Shown piece after piece: positions 28,728 to 44,304 of a stretch of DNA of 63,684 nt (its first letter is position 1; the number at the start of each line of letters is the position of its first letter). The notes below the pieces were generated by a model. The model was not told the origin of the DNA. It ran no database searches and saw nothing but the letters and a program-made list of their open reading frames with translations. The stretch covers positions 558,001 through 621,684 of the forward strand of contig NZ_BAABFP010000008.1 in NCBI RefSeq assembly GCF_039541115.1, in the 5' to 3' direction. Source of the DNA: Angustibacter luteus. Lineage in GTDB: Bacteria > Actinomycetota > Actinomycetes > Actinomycetales > Angustibacteraceae. A program made the position numbers and the translations under genes.

Positions 28728-29645
28728 TCAGGAGACCAACGACCGGGCCCGGCCGAGCAGGCCCCTCGCCGCCGTCGCCACCCGGGGCCGGCCGGCTCGG
28801 TGCAGGACCTCCGCGCGCACCTGGTGCTCGATCTCCCGGTTGATCGCTGGAAGGCTTGCCGCGCAGAGACTTCCCCCGGTGGGCAGGTCGTCCACGTCGT
28901 AACCGAGGAACGCGCAGTCCGCCGCCGCGAGGTCCCGCATCCGGCTCAGCGTGCGCGGACGCAGCATGGCCGGGTCCACGCTCGCCACGGACTCGTTGTC
29001 GCGGCCGACCGGGTGCAGCCCCACCCCCAGCTCGGCCAGCCGCGCGGACAGCCAGCCCACCGTGTCCGGCAGCCGCTCCGCGCGCCCTACGTGGTCGAAG
29101 CGCCGCAGGTCACCGCGCAGCAGGTCGCGCTGGGCGGTCAGGTGCCCGTCACGTCGCTCGATGCCGGGGTTCTCGTAGAGGTGGTCCACCAGCCGGTCCA
29201 GGTCCGCGAGCACCTGATCCAGCTCCGTGAACTGCACCAGGGCGTCGTCCGGCAGTCCGATCCGGGTCCGGTAGTACGGCGCCCGCACCAGGTACTTGCT
29301 GGACCACGTGCTCAGCAGCCGGGCCACCGGGTGCCGGACGACCGTGAAGACCGTGCCCAGCCCCTCGCGCATCAACCGGTCGTAGGCCGGGTCGGCGAGC
29401 CCGTCGACGGTCGGCCGGCCCCCGGCCGCCCCGTCCCAGATCGTCTGGCTGACGAGCGACTCCTCCCCGGTCGAGTACAGGAAGCGCCCCGGAAAGGGGA
29501 TACCGGCGCTGCGGGTCAGCGCGATGTTCAGCGACGTGCCAGCCGCCTTCGGCACCGAGATGAACAGCAGCCGCCACTGCGGGTGCAGGAACGCCAGACC
29601 GTTGTAGTCGCGCACCCAGGTGCTGAACTCCGCTGACTCGCTCAC
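28728..29645 (-). CDS. Sulfotransferase (Sulfotransfer_2 family)
   Basis: VPKAAGTSL (5'-PSB) and VRHPVARLLSTW (3'-PB) motifs. Confidence 0.82.
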   Translation of the reverse strand: MSESAEFSTWVRDYNGLAFLHPQWRLLFISVPKAAGTSLNIALTRSAGIPFPGRFLYSTGEESLVSQTIWDGAAGGRPTVDGLADPAYDRLMREGLGTVFTVVRHPVARLLSTWSSKYLVRAPYYRTRIGLPDDALVQFTELDQVLADLDRLVDHLYENPGIERRDGHLTAQRDLLRGDLRRFDHVGRAERLPDTVGWLSARLAELGVGLHPVGRDNESVASVDPAMLRPRTLSRMRDLAAADCAFLGYDVDDLPTGGSLCAASLPAINREIEHQVRAEVLHRAGRPRVATAARGLLGRARSLVS

Positions 29646-31618
29646 AGCTGTGCTCCTCTCGGGTCGATCGCGCCGCACGCGGTCACTTCGTAGAGCGTCA
29701 GGCGTCCCCCGCGGTCCACCGCCCGTAGGCCGGCGCGGCCGGCGAGGTCGACCATCCCGGCGTACTTGGCCTGACGTCGGTCACGGGTCCAGAAGGAGCT
29801 CTCACCGCCGACCACCCACCGCACCCCCAAGCGGTCCAGCGCGGGGCAGACCCGGGGATCCTGGGCGACCTGGTCGAGGTGACCGGCGACCAGCTCGCGA
29901 TCGGTGTCCCAGCCGCTCACCAGGTGCGGGAACAGGCTGCGTCGATCAGCCAGGGCATAGGACAGGGCGGTCCCGTTCCACGGACTTCCAGCCACCACGG
30001 CCCCCGGCGGCACCTCGTTCGCGAGGCGTTGCAGGAGAGCGCGTTCGCCGGGCCCGAGGTAGGCCGTTCCGGAGTAGCTCAGCCGGATCCTGGTGGTGTG
30101 GTCCCGCCAGGACAGGCCGCCGGAGCCCACCACCACGATGGTCAGCACCACCGCCACGGGCAGGACCGCCGCCGCCGGGCGCGCCACGCCGGTCACCTGC
30201 GGGAGGCGACGGGTCAGCGCGTCCGCCGCGGACAGCACCCCCGCGGCGGCGAGCGCGACCCCGGTCACCGGAGCGAGCGCGGCGAGCCGGAAGGAGTCGT
30301 TGTACCAGAGCCCGGTCAACGCCTGGGACAGTCGGCTGTCACTGCCGGCCGCGAGCACGAACAGCAGCGCACCCGCGACGTGTGACACGACGATCCACCG
30401 CGTGCGCGGCTCCCGCCACGCGACGACGGCCCCCACCACGACCGTCGCACTCAGCACCCAGGCGGCCGGCCCGCCGAGCTGGGCGTTGAGCAGCACCTCA
30501 CCAGCCGCCTGCGCCACCGACTCGCGGGCTCGCCAGTCGTGCTGGCTCACGGCGCGCACCAGTGGCGAGCTGGCGACGATCGTCGCGGCCAGGGCGGCGG
30601 CGGCCAGGACCCCCAGCAGGACGACCGCCGTCCGGCGCGGCCGGCGCACCCAGGCGGTCCGCACGCCGGGGGCAGCGGCGAGGGCCACCATCGGCAGCGC
30701 GAGGACACCGAACGCGAACAACCCACCCGGGTGGACGAGCGCCAGTCCGGGCAGCGCACCCAGGAGCACCAGTCCCTCGCGCCAGCCTCGCCCCTCGACG
30801 GAGCGCACCAGCAGCGCCAGCAGGCCGGGGAGAAGGCTGACGGCCATCGCGTTCGGCCACAGCACACCGAACGACAGCAGCAGGTAGGGCGCTGCGGTGA
30901 AGCCGGCGCTCAGCACCCCCGCGACGGCCGCCGCCAGCCGCCACCGCCGGCCGAGGGTGACGTGAGCCAGGGCGGCGCACCCGAGCGGCCAGGCCAACGC
31001 CGCGACGGTCATCGCCGTGAGGTTGGCCGCGCCGACGACGTCCACGACGGTCGACGTTCCGGGGCGCTTCGCGACGAGGGCGACGAGGTCGTGCCAGGCG
31101 CCCGGGTAGAAGCCCGGTTGACCGCTCCCTCGACCCGCCGCTGCCAGGTGCAGGCTGGAGCCGTCCTGGTGGTCGAGCACCCAGCGCACGGCGTTCAGGT
31201 GGAACACGGCGTCGTACGTCTGGGACAGCGCCCCGGGGCGGCCGATCCCGCGCCCGAGTGTCGCCAGCACCAGCACGGCTCCGGCGGCGACACCGAGTGC
31301 GGTGCCGAGGGTCGGCGGCGGGTCGAGCGGCTCGCGCGTGGACGCCGGCAGGCGGCGGACGAGCAGCGCGAGGGCAACGGCCACGCCGATCGAGACGGCG
31401 ACCGTCGGCCACCCCCAGGCCAGGCCGACGCCGCCCGCCAGGACGGCCGCCACCGACAGCACGGACGCGGACACGGCGGGGGCCGCACCGGCCGCGAGGA
31501 CGCCGCGCAGTCCGGCGGCCCGGACCACCAGCACCCCGGGGACGAGCAGCAGCGCGGCGGCGGCGAGCAGGGTAGGCACGGCGTCCCACCAGCTGCCCAG
31601 CACACCACCGCCGCTCAC
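29642..31618 (-). CDS. Polytopic membrane protein (DUF6541-like, possible GT-C glycosyltransferase)
   Basis: [18 protein letters not shown] and WYNDSFRL motifs; many TM segments. Confidence 0.72.
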   Translation of the reverse strand: MSGGGVLGSWWDAVPTLLAAAALLLVPGVLVVRAAGLRGVLAAGAAPAVSASVLSVAAVLAGGVGLAWGWPTVAVSIGVAVALALLVRRLPASTREPLDPPPTLGTALGVAAGAVLVLATLGRGIGRPGALSQTYDAVFHLNAVRWVLDHQDGSSLHLAAAGRGSGQPGFYPGAWHDLVALVAKRPGTSTVVDVVGAANLTAMTVAALAWPLGCAALAHVTLGRRWRLAAAVAGVLSAGFTAAPYLLLSFGVLWPNAMAVSLLPGLLALLVRSVEGRGWREGLVLLGALPGLALVHPGGLFAFGVLALPMVALAAAPGVRTAWVRRPRRTAVVLLGVLAAAALAATIVASSPLVRAVSQHDWRARESVAQAAGEVLLNAQLGGPAAWVLSATVVVGAVVAWREPRTRWIVVSHVAGALLFVLAAGSDSRLSQALTGLWYNDSFRLAALAPVTGVALAAAGVLSAADALTRRLPQVTGVARPAAAVLPVAVVLTIVVVGSGGLSWRDHTTRIRLSYSGTAYLGPGERALLQRLANEVPPGAVVAGSPWNGTALSYALADRRSLFPHLVSGWDTDRELVAGHLDQVAQDPRVCPALDRLGVRWVVGGESSFWTRDRRQAKYAGMVDLAGRAGLRAVDRGGRLTLYEVTACGAIDPRGAQL

Positions 31619-32343
31619 GCCCGGGCCCGCAACGAGCTCACCGCGTGCGCGACCGAGCCCTGCGCCACGACGCGGCCGTGGTCCAGCACGACGCCTCGAT
31701 CGCACACCTGGTCCAGCAACGACAGGTCGTGGCTCACCACCACCAGGGTGCGGCCCTCCTGACGCATCCGGGCGACTCGGTCCAGGCACTTGCGGCGGAA
31801 GGGCTCGTCCCCCACGGCCAGGATCTCGTCCACCAGGAAGAGGTCGGGGTCCGTGTGCACCGCCACGGCGAAGGCCAGTCTCAGGAACATCCCGGACGAG
31901 TAGAAGCGGACCTGCGTGTCGAGGAACTCCTCGAGCTCGCTGAAGTCGACGATGGCGTCGAACCGTTGCCGCACCTGGGACGGCGACATGCCCAGGATCG
32001 CGCCGTTCAGGGCGATGTTCTCGCGGCCGGTGAGGTCGCGGTGCAGGCCCGCGCCGACCTCGATCAGGCCCGCGACGCGCCCGCGCACCAGCACCCGTCC
32101 CGCATCCGGGACCAGCACGCCCGCGACCAGCTTGAGCAGCGTGGACTTGCCGGAACCGTTGTGTCCCACCAGAGCCAGCGACTCGCCCTCGCGGACGTGC
32201 AGGTCGACGTGGTCGACGGCGCGGAAGCGGTGGTTCAGCTTGCGCCGCTGCGCCGACCAGACGGCGGACTCCTTCAACGAGCGGGTGTGCCGGCGGGTGA
32301 AGGACTTCTGCACCCCCTCCAGCACGACGCGCGGTTGGCTCAC
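31615..32343 (-). CDS. wzt: Polysaccharide ABC exporter ATPase (Wzt/TagH-like)
   Basis: [20 protein letters not shown] and DEILAVGD motifs. Confidence 0.9.
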   Translation of the reverse strand: MSQPRVVLEGVQKSFTRRHTRSLKESAVWSAQRRKLNHRFRAVDHVDLHVREGESLALVGHNGSGKSTLLKLVAGVLVPDAGRVLVRGRVAGLIEVGAGLHRDLTGRENIALNGAILGMSPSQVRQRFDAIVDFSELEEFLDTQVRFYSSGMFLRLAFAVAVHTDPDLFLVDEILAVGDEPFRRKCLDRVARMRQEGRTLVVVSHDLSLLDQVCDRGVVLDHGRVVAQGSVAHAVSSLRARA

Positions 32344-33202
32344 AGCTGCTCCCCGAACCGCGGCGACAGGCGGGCGAAGGTCCACTGCCCCACACACAGC
32401 ACGGCGACGACGACGACCGTGGCGGCAGCCAGGTGGGCGGCGTCCGGACCGGTGCCACGTACCCCCGCGGCGCCCTCCCAGAAGGCCCGGTGCATCAGCT
32501 GCACGGCAACGGTGAGCGGGTTCGACAGGTAGGCGCTCAGCAGCGGGCCCTCGCCGAGCAGGCGGACCACCCGTTCCGTCGCGTAGAGCACGGGGGAGGT
32601 CCAGACCACCACGCTGAGTACCAGGTCGACGAGGTTCTCCACGTCACGGAAGAACACGTTCAGTGCGGAGAGAACCAGCCCCAGCCCGAGTCCGAAACCC
32701 GCCACCAGGAGTACTGCGCCCACGGCGCTGAGCACCCCGGCGGCGTCCGGTCGCCAGCCCGCGACGAGCGCACCGGCGGTCAGCACCAGCAGCTGCGGCA
32801 GCAGGTGGACCCCGGCGACGCACAGGCTCGACACCGGGAAGAGCTCCCGTGGCAGGTACACCTTGCGCACCAGGTCGGCGTTGGCCACGACCGAGCGCGT
32901 CGCGTTGCCCACCACCTCGCTGAACGCGTTCACCGCTACCAGGCCGGCGAACAGGTACACCGCGTAGTGGGGCACGCGAGATCCCTGCCCGAGCACCACC
33001 CCGAGCCCGAAGTAGTAGACGGCCAGCTGGACCGCCGGCTTGACGTAGCTCCACGCCAACCCGAGGACGGACCCGCGGTACCGGACGCGAAGCTCCTTGC
33101 GCACCAGCAGCACCGCGAGATCGCGCCGCCGGACGACGTCGAGCAGGCCCGCGCCGCGGCCGGGCGGCCGCAGGACGTCGAAGTCCGGTCGGGACAGCAC
33201 GC

Positions 33203-33206
<4 letters not shown>
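32340..33206 (-). CDS. wzm: Polysaccharide ABC exporter permease (Wzm-like)
   Basis: [20 protein letters not shown] and FFRD motifs. Confidence 0.88.
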
Positions 33207-37289
<4,083 letters not shown>

Positions 37290-37384
37290 CCCGCAGGTGA
37301 ACGCGACGCGTCGAGGGCCTGTCCCGCAACCGGACGCTCAGCGGCGGCGGCGCGCTGCTCATCCGACGGCCGTCGTCCGTTCAC

Positions 37385-38419
37385 GTGCGGGTCCGAGAGA
37401 CGCCACCGTCGCGACCTAGCGTCTGCGACGTGCGGACTCATCGAGTACCGATCGACCTGACCGTCGCCGACCGGACGGTGGCCTGCGTGGTGGTCACCAT
37501 GAACCGGCCTGACCTGCTGTCCCGCTGCCTGCACGCGGTCGCCTCCCAGATCCGCCGCCCGGACCTGCTCGTCGTGGTCGACAACGGCGACGACCCGGTG
37601 GCCGAGGCGATGCTCGCGGCCAGCCCGTTGCGCACCGTGTACCTGCCGTCCCGGCGCAACCTCGGCGGCGCCGGCGGCTACGCCCACGGGGTCCTGACCG
37701 CGGTGGCGCTCGGCGCGGACTGGGTCTGGCTCGCCGACGACGACGGCTACCCGGCCGACGAGTGGACGTTGTCGCGGCTGCTGGTCTGCGCCGCCGAGAA
37801 CGAGCTGGACGTCGTCTCGCCGCTGGTGCTGGACGAGGACGACCCGACCCGGCTGGCCTTCCCCCTGCGCCGCGGGCTGACCTGGCTGACCCGGCGCGAG
37901 CAGGTCACCGCGCGGACCCTGGTGCGCGGGACCGCCAACCTGTTCAACGGCACGCTGATGTCGGCGCACGCGGTGCACGCCGTGGGGGTGCCGGACCCGC
38001 GGCTGTTCGTGCGCGGCGACGAGGTCGAGATGCACCGGCGCGTTCGCCGTTCGGGGATCGGCTTCGGCACGTGCGTGGCCGCGGCGTACCTGCACCCGCA
38101 AGGGCGCGACGACTGGCAGCCGATCCTGGCCGGTCACCTGCAGGTGCTCGTCCCCCGGGACCCCTCGCGGCGCGAGACGACCTTCCGCAACCTCGGCTTC
38201 CTGACCGCCCAGCGGGGCCTGCGCTGGCGGCGGCTGCCGGACTCCGCGCGCTACGCGTGGTGGTACCTCGTGCACGAACGGGACGTCGGGGGTTGGCGTG
38301 AGTGGTCCAGGTTGTCCGCGCAGGGTCGCAGCGAGCGGTTCCCCGCGGTACCGCACGACCCACGCACCGACGCGGTCGCCGAACCGGTCGCGGAGCACGT
38401 GCCGGAGCCCGTCCCGTAG
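37385..38419 (+). CDS. GT2 galactofuranosyltransferase, GlfT1-like
   Basis: NLGGAGG, WLADDDG, NLFNG and RGDEVE motifs; start uncertain. Confidence 0.8.
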   Translation: MRVRETPPSRPSVCDVRTHRVPIDLTVADRTVACVVVTMNRPDLLSRCLHAVASQIRRPDLLVVVDNGDDPVAEAMLAASPLRTVYLPSRRNLGGAGGYAHGVLTAVALGADWVWLADDDGYPADEWTLSRLLVCAAENELDVVSPLVLDEDDPTRLAFPLRRGLTWLTRREQVTARTLVRGTANLFNGTLMSAHAVHAVGVPDPRLFVRGDEVEMHRRVRRSGIGFGTCVAAAYLHPQGRDDWQPILAGHLQVLVPRDPSRRETTFRNLGFLTAQRGLRWRRLPDSARYAWWYLVHERDVGGWREWSRLSAQGRSERFPAVPHDPRTDAVAEPVAEHVPEPVP

Positions 38420-38489
38420 CACGATGCGGCCGATCGTCCCCGCATGGGCGACAATCGTCGGACCAGCCGACGAAGGACGACCAGCCCTG

Positions 38490-38789
38490 ATGAGTGACCG
38501 ACAGATCCTCGAGCACGAACCTGCCGTGGTGCGCACCCGGCAGCTGCGCGACCTCGTCATCGTGTACGTGCTGGTCACTGCCCTCGTGTTCGTGCTCGCG
38601 TTCGGTCTCGCCGTGCTGCGCTGGGTCTTCGACTGGGGTCAGCCGCGGCAGGACTGGTCCGTGGGCGGCTGCCTCGCCTTCGCGGGCGAGGTCGCGCTCG
38701 TCGTCCCGCCGGTGCTGCTCGTCCTGGCGCTCGCCGGCGCTGCGCTGGTGCGGCTGCGCCGGAAGGTGCGCGGGCGCTCGTCCGACTGA
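38490..38789 (+). CDS. Small membrane protein
   Basis: Two TM helices; ATG at 38490. Confidence 0.6.
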   Translation: MSDRQILEHEPAVVRTRQLRDLVIVYVLVTALVFVLAFGLAVLRWVFDWGQPRQDWSVGGCLAFAGEVALVVPPVLLVLALAGAALVRLRRKVRGRSSD

Positions 38790-38852
38790 CGCCCCTCGCT
38801 CCACGGCGAGGATTCCGCGCCCCGCGCCACAAACTCGGTCGCCCGACCGGTT

Positions 38853-39494
38853 TCAGGCGCCGTTCCGCCCAGCAGTCCGGGCCGAGCGTCTGGCCGGCCG
38901 GACCCCGGCCATCGCGAGGACCATCTCGATCGTCGCCTGCAGGTCCTCCTGCGAGCGCCGCTCGTCCGGGTCGGCGACGTACTGCAGGACGATGCCGATC
39001 ACCGCAGCGACGATGACCCGGGCCAGGGTGTCGAACGGCACGGCGCAGGTCTCGGCGGCGTTGCTCGCGGCCTCCTGGCACCACGCGGCGACGATCCGGC
39101 AGTAGCGGTCCATCTGCCAGCGGGCCAGGCTCTCCATCCCCGGGGTCCGCAGGGCGTGGATGAGCAGCTCGTGCTGCATGAGCTGCTCCTGCGGCTTCCC
39201 GACGACCATGCGCTGCCAGTAGTCGTCCAGGCCTTGTCGAAGGGCGTGCTCGAGGCCGCCGTCCACGTCGGCGGTCGCCTGCAGGACCTCGCTGATCTCG
39301 GCCATCACGTCCTCGATGACGGCCTGCATCAGCAGGTCCTTGGTGGCGAACGCGTAGTGCAGGGTGCCGAGCGGCACGTCGGCCTCGGCGGCGACGCCGC
39401 GCAGCGTCGTCCCACTGACGCCCTCGCGCGCCATGACCTCCCGCGCGGCGTGCACGAACTGCCTGCGGCGCTCGGACGCCTTGACGTACACCAC
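38853..39494 (-). CDS. TetR-family regulator
   Basis: TLRGVAAEADVPLGTLHYAF HTH. Confidence 0.88.
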   Translation of the reverse strand: MVYVKASERRRQFVHAAREVMAREGVSGTTLRGVAAEADVPLGTLHYAFATKDLLMQAVIEDVMAEISEVLQATADVDGGLEHALRQGLDDYWQRMVVGKPQEQLMQHELLIHALRTPGMESLARWQMDRYCRIVAAWCQEAASNAAETCAVPFDTLARVIVAAVIGIVLQYVADPDERRSQEDLQATIEMVLAMAGVRPARRSARTAGRNGA

Positions 39495-39660
39495 CCGTCG
39501 TTCCCCTTTCGCGATGCCTTCGTGACCGAGTCTTGCACGGCCGGGGTCTTGCCATTCGGGTGAACCCCACGTACTTTCGCTCAAGTCGGTCGTCCGACCG
39601 ACTCTGCGCCCCCGTGGGGACGCGACAACGGTGTCGCGTCGACCCGAGAGGACCCCGTCC

Positions 39661-42600
39661 ATGCCGTCGTCCGAACTCCCCCGTGCCACCACCCGTGGTC
39701 GTCGGGGCCCCGCCCGCAGGACCGTGCGAACCACGGTCGGCCTGGCCACCCTCGCGCTCAGCATCGGCCTCGTCACGGCGCCGACCCTGACCGCCTCCGC
39801 CACCTCCCCCACCGCGCCGGTGACGAAGCCGCACCGCGTGGGGCCACCCACGGTCAAGACGGTCACCCTGGTCACCGGCGACGTCGTCCAGGTCACCAGC
39901 GGTGCCGACAAGCGGCACACAGTCACCCTGCTGCCCCGCCCGGACGGCACTGTCCCGCAGGCGGCCATCAACGACGTCCACGGGCACCTGTACGTCGTCC
40001 CCGTCGAGGCGTTCGGACTGCTCGCCGCCAAGCGGCTGGACCGCGACCTGTTCGACGTGACCGCCCTGCTGGCGGACGACTACGACGACGCCTCCCGCCC
40101 CTCGCTTCCGGTGCTCGTCGACTACGGCCGCGGCTCCACCGCGGCGACGCAGGCCAAGGCGGCCAGGCTCGACTCTGCCCGGCGCACCCTGACGATCCCG
40201 GCGCTCGGCGTCGCGGCGTTCGCCGCGGACAAGAAGCACGCCCGGGCCTTCTGGGACGACCTCACCACCGGCGCGGACCGGGCCGGCCACCCCACCGGGC
40301 TGGCGGACGGCGCGGCCCGGGTCGACCTGGACGGCCAGGTCACGGCCTCGCTCGAGCACTCCGTGCCGCAGATCCACGCCCCGCAGGCCTGGGCCGCGGG
40401 CTTCACCGGCACCGGCGCCACCGTGGCCGTGCTGGACACCGGCTACGACAGCACCCACCCCGACCTGGCCGGGCGGGTCAGCAAGACCGCGAACTTCACC
40501 ACCGACGCCACGGTCACCGACGGCAACGGGCACGGGACGCACGTGCTGTCCACCGTCGGCGGGACCGGCGCCGCGTCGGGTGGCCTGCGCAAGGGTGTCG
40601 CCCCCGGCGCCGACCTGATGGTCGGCAAGGTGCTCGGCGACAACGGCTCGGGCGAGGACTCCTGGGTGCTCGCCGGCATGGCCTGGGCTGTCGCCCAGGG
40701 CGCGGACGTCGTCAGCATGAGCCTCGGCAACGGCACGCCCGACGACGGGACCAATCCCCTCGCGCTCGCCGTCGACGAGCTGTCCGCGTCGTCCGACACG
40801 TTGTTCGTCATCGCTGCCGGGAACGAGGGCGGCAACGGCGCCTCGACCGTGTCGGCCCCCGGTTCCGCGGACGCCGCGCTGACCGTCGGCGCGGTCGACG
40901 TCCACGACGCGATGGCCGGCTTCTCCAGCCGTGGCCCGCGGGTGCGCGACGGAGCGCTCAAGCCCGACGTGGTCGGCCCCGGGGTGGACATCACCGCGGC
41001 ACGGGCCGCCGGCACCGAGCTGGGCCCGGTGGTCGACGAGTACTACACGACGATCAGCGGCACCTCCATGGCCACGCCCCACGTGGCCGGGCTCGCGGCG
41101 ATCCTCAAGCAGGAGCACCCGGGCTGGGACGGCGAGCGCCTGAAGTCGGCGATCGCGAACAGCACGGTGCAGGTCGCCGACGCGACCGGCTTCGACGCCG
41201 GCACGGGGCGGATCGACGCCCTGCAGGCGATCCACCAGGACGTGCTCGCCCCGGCCTCGCTGTCGCTGGGCAACTACTCCTGGCCCTACTCCGACCTGTC
41301 GCCGACCAGCACGACCCTGACGTACACGAACACCGGCGCGGCGCCGGTGACGCTGTCGCTCGCGCTGACCGGCGAGGACGGCGCGGCGGAGCCCACGGGC
41401 TCCATGAAGCTCGCGGCGTCCACACTCACCGTCCCGGCCAGCGGGACGGCGTCCACCGCCGTCGTCCTCGACCCGACCGTCGCCAAGGCGGGCGCCTACT
41501 CGGCCGTCGTCACCGCGACGGTGGCCAGCGGCGGCGGCACCGTGCGAACCGCGCTGGCCTACCAGCTCGAGCCCGAGCGGTACGACGTGAAGGTCACCAT
41601 CAAGCCCCGCGCCGGCTCGCAGAACGTCACGCACCAGCTCGGTCTGAGCGGGTACGGCGAGCCGTGGGTCTACGAGCAGCGGACCTTCGACGCCTCGACG
41701 GGCGCGCAGAGCGCCACGTTCCGGCTGCCGCCCGGCACGTACGGCACCGGCGCCATCTCGTTCGGCCTGGCCAAGGACGGCGCGCACGAGGGCGTGGTGT
41801 CCTACAACCCGTCGTTCACGGTGTCCAAGAACACCGAGATCGTGCTCGACGAGAACGCGGCCCGGCGCTTCGACTACCGGGTCGACAAGCCCGTCGTGGA
41901 CGGCGGCGCCATCCTCGACGTGTCCTGGAACGGTGACGCCGGGTACACCGGCTTCACGTTCTTCGGCTCCGTCGACCGGCTGTACGCCCAGCCGTCGAAG
42001 GGGCTGGCCGGTGGCACCGCGGCGGTTGCCGCGAACTGGCTGCTGAGCGAGCCCGAGGGCCTGATCGTGCCGCGCCGCGGCAAGGCCGTGCCGCTGCGGC
42101 CGGTGACGGCGGCCGGCGCCGTGGCGTACGAGACGCCCGTGCCCCGGCTGAACGGCGACCTGCGGGTCGTCGACGCCGGGCCGGCGGCCGCGCCCCGGCT
42201 GCGCAAGGTCAAGGGCGCCGTCGCGCTCGTGGCGGGGACCTGCACGGACCTCGGCGCGACCGCCGCGGCGTTGAAGAAGGCCGGTGCGGCCGCGATGGTC
42301 GCCTACGCCGGCCGGGGTCAGTCCTGCGCCGGGACCATGGAGGGCACGCCCGTGCTGCCGTCCTTCCAGGCCCGACCGATGGACGTCCCTGGCTTGCTCA
42401 CGCACTCGGCTGGGCGCGCGCACGTCGTCACCCACGCCAACACCGGGTACATGTACGACCTCGTGCACTACTGGGCGGACGGCGTCCCGAACGGCGGGAC
42501 CGTGGACGGCACCGGCCGCGCGGTCACGGCGCTCGTCGAGACGTACAACGGTCTCGGCAGCACCAGCAACGACGGCCTGCGGGTGGTCGAGGAGCTCATC

Positions 42601-43485
42601 GGCTGGGTCCCCGAGCGCGACGGTACGGCGAACATCGGCCTGGAGCGCACCGTGCGCTTCCCCTCAACCGTCACGCACTACGTGTCCACCGGCGCCGAGT
42701 GGGAGCGCACCGTCTCCGTGGTGGACGCCACGTACGGCGGCGAGTACGGCCGGCTGTGGGCGCCGCGGCAGACCTTCGCGGGCGGCGCCACGCACCGCGA
42801 GACGTGGTTCGGCGGGCCGATCGGCTCGCGCGTCTCGCCGCAGTTCCAGCTCACCAACGGCGCGCCGCCGCCGGTGCGCGAGAACGACGAGATGTTCCTG
42901 TCGATGGGCGCGTACACCGACGCCTACGGGCACATGGCGAACTCCGACCTGTTCAACGACCAGGAGTTCAACGGGAAGATCTACGCGGACGACGAGCTGG
43001 TGCTGGACATGTTCGCCTCGGTGTTCATGAACACCACCGTGCCAGCGGGCAAGCACCGGTACCGGGTGATCACGGACACCCAGCGGGACAACCTGTTCTG
43101 GCGGCTGTCGACGCGGGTGCGGACCGAGTGGGGCTTCGACTCGGACACCCCGGCCGACTTCCGGACCATCCTGCCGATGCTCGGCGTCGACTACCGGATG
43201 GCGCTCTCGGCGACGGGCAGCGCGCCCGCCGGGCGGTACCGGTTCGGCGTCGACTTCGTGATGCCGAACGGCGTCGCCACGGTGCCCGTCGTCAAGCGCA
43301 GCGTGGACGTCTCCTGGAACGGCGGCACGACCTGGAAGCCGGCGTCGCTGGCATGTGGGACGACGTCCTGCCAGGTCCGGGTCACCAACAAGTCCGGCGC
43401 CAAGGCGAGCCTGCGGGTCAGGGCCACGGACTCCGCCGGCCGCACCGTCTCGCAGGAGATCACCGACGCGTACTCGGTGCGCTAG
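39661..43485 (+). CDS. Large secreted S8 subtilisin-like protease
   Basis: Catalytic triad motifs VLDTG, GHGTHV and SGTSMATPHV; PA-like insert. Confidence 0.92.
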   Translation: MPSSELPRATTRGRRGPARRTVRTTVGLATLALSIGLVTAPTLTASATSPTAPVTKPHRVGPPTVKTVTLVTGDVVQVTSGADKRHTVTLLPRPDGTVPQAAINDVHGHLYVVPVEAFGLLAAKRLDRDLFDVTALLADDYDDASRPSLPVLVDYGRGSTAATQAKAARLDSARRTLTIPALGVAAFAADKKHARAFWDDLTTGADRAGHPTGLADGAARVDLDGQVTASLEHSVPQIHAPQAWAAGFTGTGATVAVLDTGYDSTHPDLAGRVSKTANFTTDATVTDGNGHGTHVLSTVGGTGAASGGLRKGVAPGADLMVGKVLGDNGSGEDSWVLAGMAWAVAQGADVVSMSLGNGTPDDGTNPLALAVDELSASSDTLFVIAAGNEGGNGASTVSAPGSADAALTVGAVDVHDAMAGFSSRGPRVRDGALKPDVVGPGVDITAARAAGTELGPVVDEYYTTISGTSMATPHVAGLAAILKQEHPGWDGERLKSAIANSTVQVADATGFDAGTGRIDALQAIHQDVLAPASLSLGNYSWPYSDLSPTSTTLTYTNTGAAPVTLSLALTGEDGAAEPTGSMKLAASTLTVPASGTASTAVVLDPTVAKAGAYSAVVTATVASGGGTVRTALAYQLEPERYDVKVTIKPRAGSQNVTHQLGLSGYGEPWVYEQRTFDASTGAQSATFRLPPGTYGTGAISFGLAKDGAHEGVVSYNPSFTVSKNTEIVLDENAARRFDYRVDKPVVDGGAILDVSWNGDAGYTGFTFFGSVDRLYAQPSKGLAGGTAAVAANWLLSEPEGLIVPRRGKAVPLRPVTAAGAVAYETPVPRLNGDLRVVDAGPAAAPRLRKVKGAVALVAGTCTDLGATAAALKKAGAAAMVAYAGRGQSCAGTMEGTPVLPSFQARPMDVPGLLTHSAGRAHVVTHANTGYMYDLVHYWADGVPNGGTVDGTGRAVTALVETYNGLGSTSNDGLRVVEELIGWVPERDGTANIGLERTVRFPSTVTHYVSTGAEWERTVSVVDATYGGEYGRLWAPRQTFAGGATHRETWFGGPIGSRVSPQFQLTNGAPPPVRENDEMFLSMGAYTDAYGHMANSDLFNDQEFNGKIYADDELVLDMFASVFMNTTVPAGKHRYRVITDTQRDNLFWRLSTRVRTEWGFDSDTPADFRTILPMLGVDYRMALSATGSAPAGRYRFGVDFVMPNGVATVPVVKRSVDVSWNGGTTWKPASLACGTTSCQVRVTNKSGAKASLRVRATDSAGRTVSQEITDAYSVR

Positions 43486-43492
43486 CCCGCCG

Positions 43493-43529
43493 CCCCTGGC
43501 CCCGACGTCCCCCACGTCGGGGCCAGGGG
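43493..43529 (+). terminator. Intrinsic terminator-like hairpin
   Basis: Perfect 16-bp stem CCCCTGGCCCCGACGT/ACGTCGGGGCCAGGGG with a 5-nt loop, just after the protease stop. Confidence 0.75.
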
Positions 43530-43574
43530 GTGGCTAGGGTCGACCCGACGGGCAGCCACCTGAGGGGAGCGGAC

Positions 43575-44054
43575 GTGACGACGAGAGCTGACTTCACCGA
43601 CGAGGAGTGGGTCCGGATCCGGCGCGCGCCCTTCGTGGCCGGCATGGCGATCTCGCTGGCCGACCCGGGTGGTCCGATCGAGATGAGCAAGGAGACGATC
43701 GCGACCATCCGGTCCGCGACGAACCCGCCGAGCCGCGAGCAGCTGCTCGCGGAGGTGGCGCTGGACATCCAGGCGATGAGCCAGCAGAAGCAGAACCCGC
43801 TGAAGGACTTCAAGCTCAGCAAGGACTCCAGCCCGGGGCAGCAGGTGCTCGACGAGCTGGGCGCGGCCGCCGGGCTCGTCTCGGCCAAGGCCACCGCGGA
43901 CGAGAGCGCCGGCTACAACCAGTGGCTGCTCGCGACCGCCCAGGCCGCTGCGGACGCCGCGAAGGACGGCGGATTCATGGGTTTCGGGGCGAAGCAGGTC
44001 AGTGACGGCGAGCAGGCCATGCTCGACCAGGTGAAGGCGACGCTCGGGATCTGA
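43575..44054 (+). CDS. Conserved-looking hypothetical protein
   Basis: GTG preceded by GGGGAG; FTDEEW and AK.GGF.GFG...VS..E pattern; strong high-GC codon bias. Confidence 0.75.
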   Translation: MTTRADFTDEEWVRIRRAPFVAGMAISLADPGGPIEMSKETIATIRSATNPPSREQLLAEVALDIQAMSQQKQNPLKDFKLSKDSSPGQQVLDELGAAAGLVSAKATADESAGYNQWLLATAQAAADAAKDGGFMGFGAKQVSDGEQAMLDQVKATLGI

Positions 44055-44258
44055 CGCCGGAGGCCGTCCTGGGCTCGAATGCTCGGACGTGGGGCCAGGG
44101 ACCCCCGCCGGACGACGGGACCCTGGCCTTCGCGCTGTCGGGGCTCAGTCGATCTGGAGGTCGATCTCCGTCACGTGTGGGCCGAGGATGGCGCGCCGTC
44201 GGCGCCGTACGCAGAAGGCCCCTTCCCTGCGTCGGGGCAGGTCGGGGGCCGTCTGAGA

Positions 44259-44304
44259 CGGAGCCGCCTATCGGAATCGAACCGATGACCTACGCATTAC
44301 GAGT
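44259..44304 (-). repeat. att direct repeat: 46-bp copy of the tRNA-Thr 3' half
   Basis: Identical to 59284-59329 (CGGAGCCGCCTATCGGAATCGAACCGATGACCTACGCATTACGAGT). Confidence 0.96.

Noticed and set aside
44259..44304. Second tRNA gene
   Set aside because: Only the 3' 46 bp are present; this is the att duplication.
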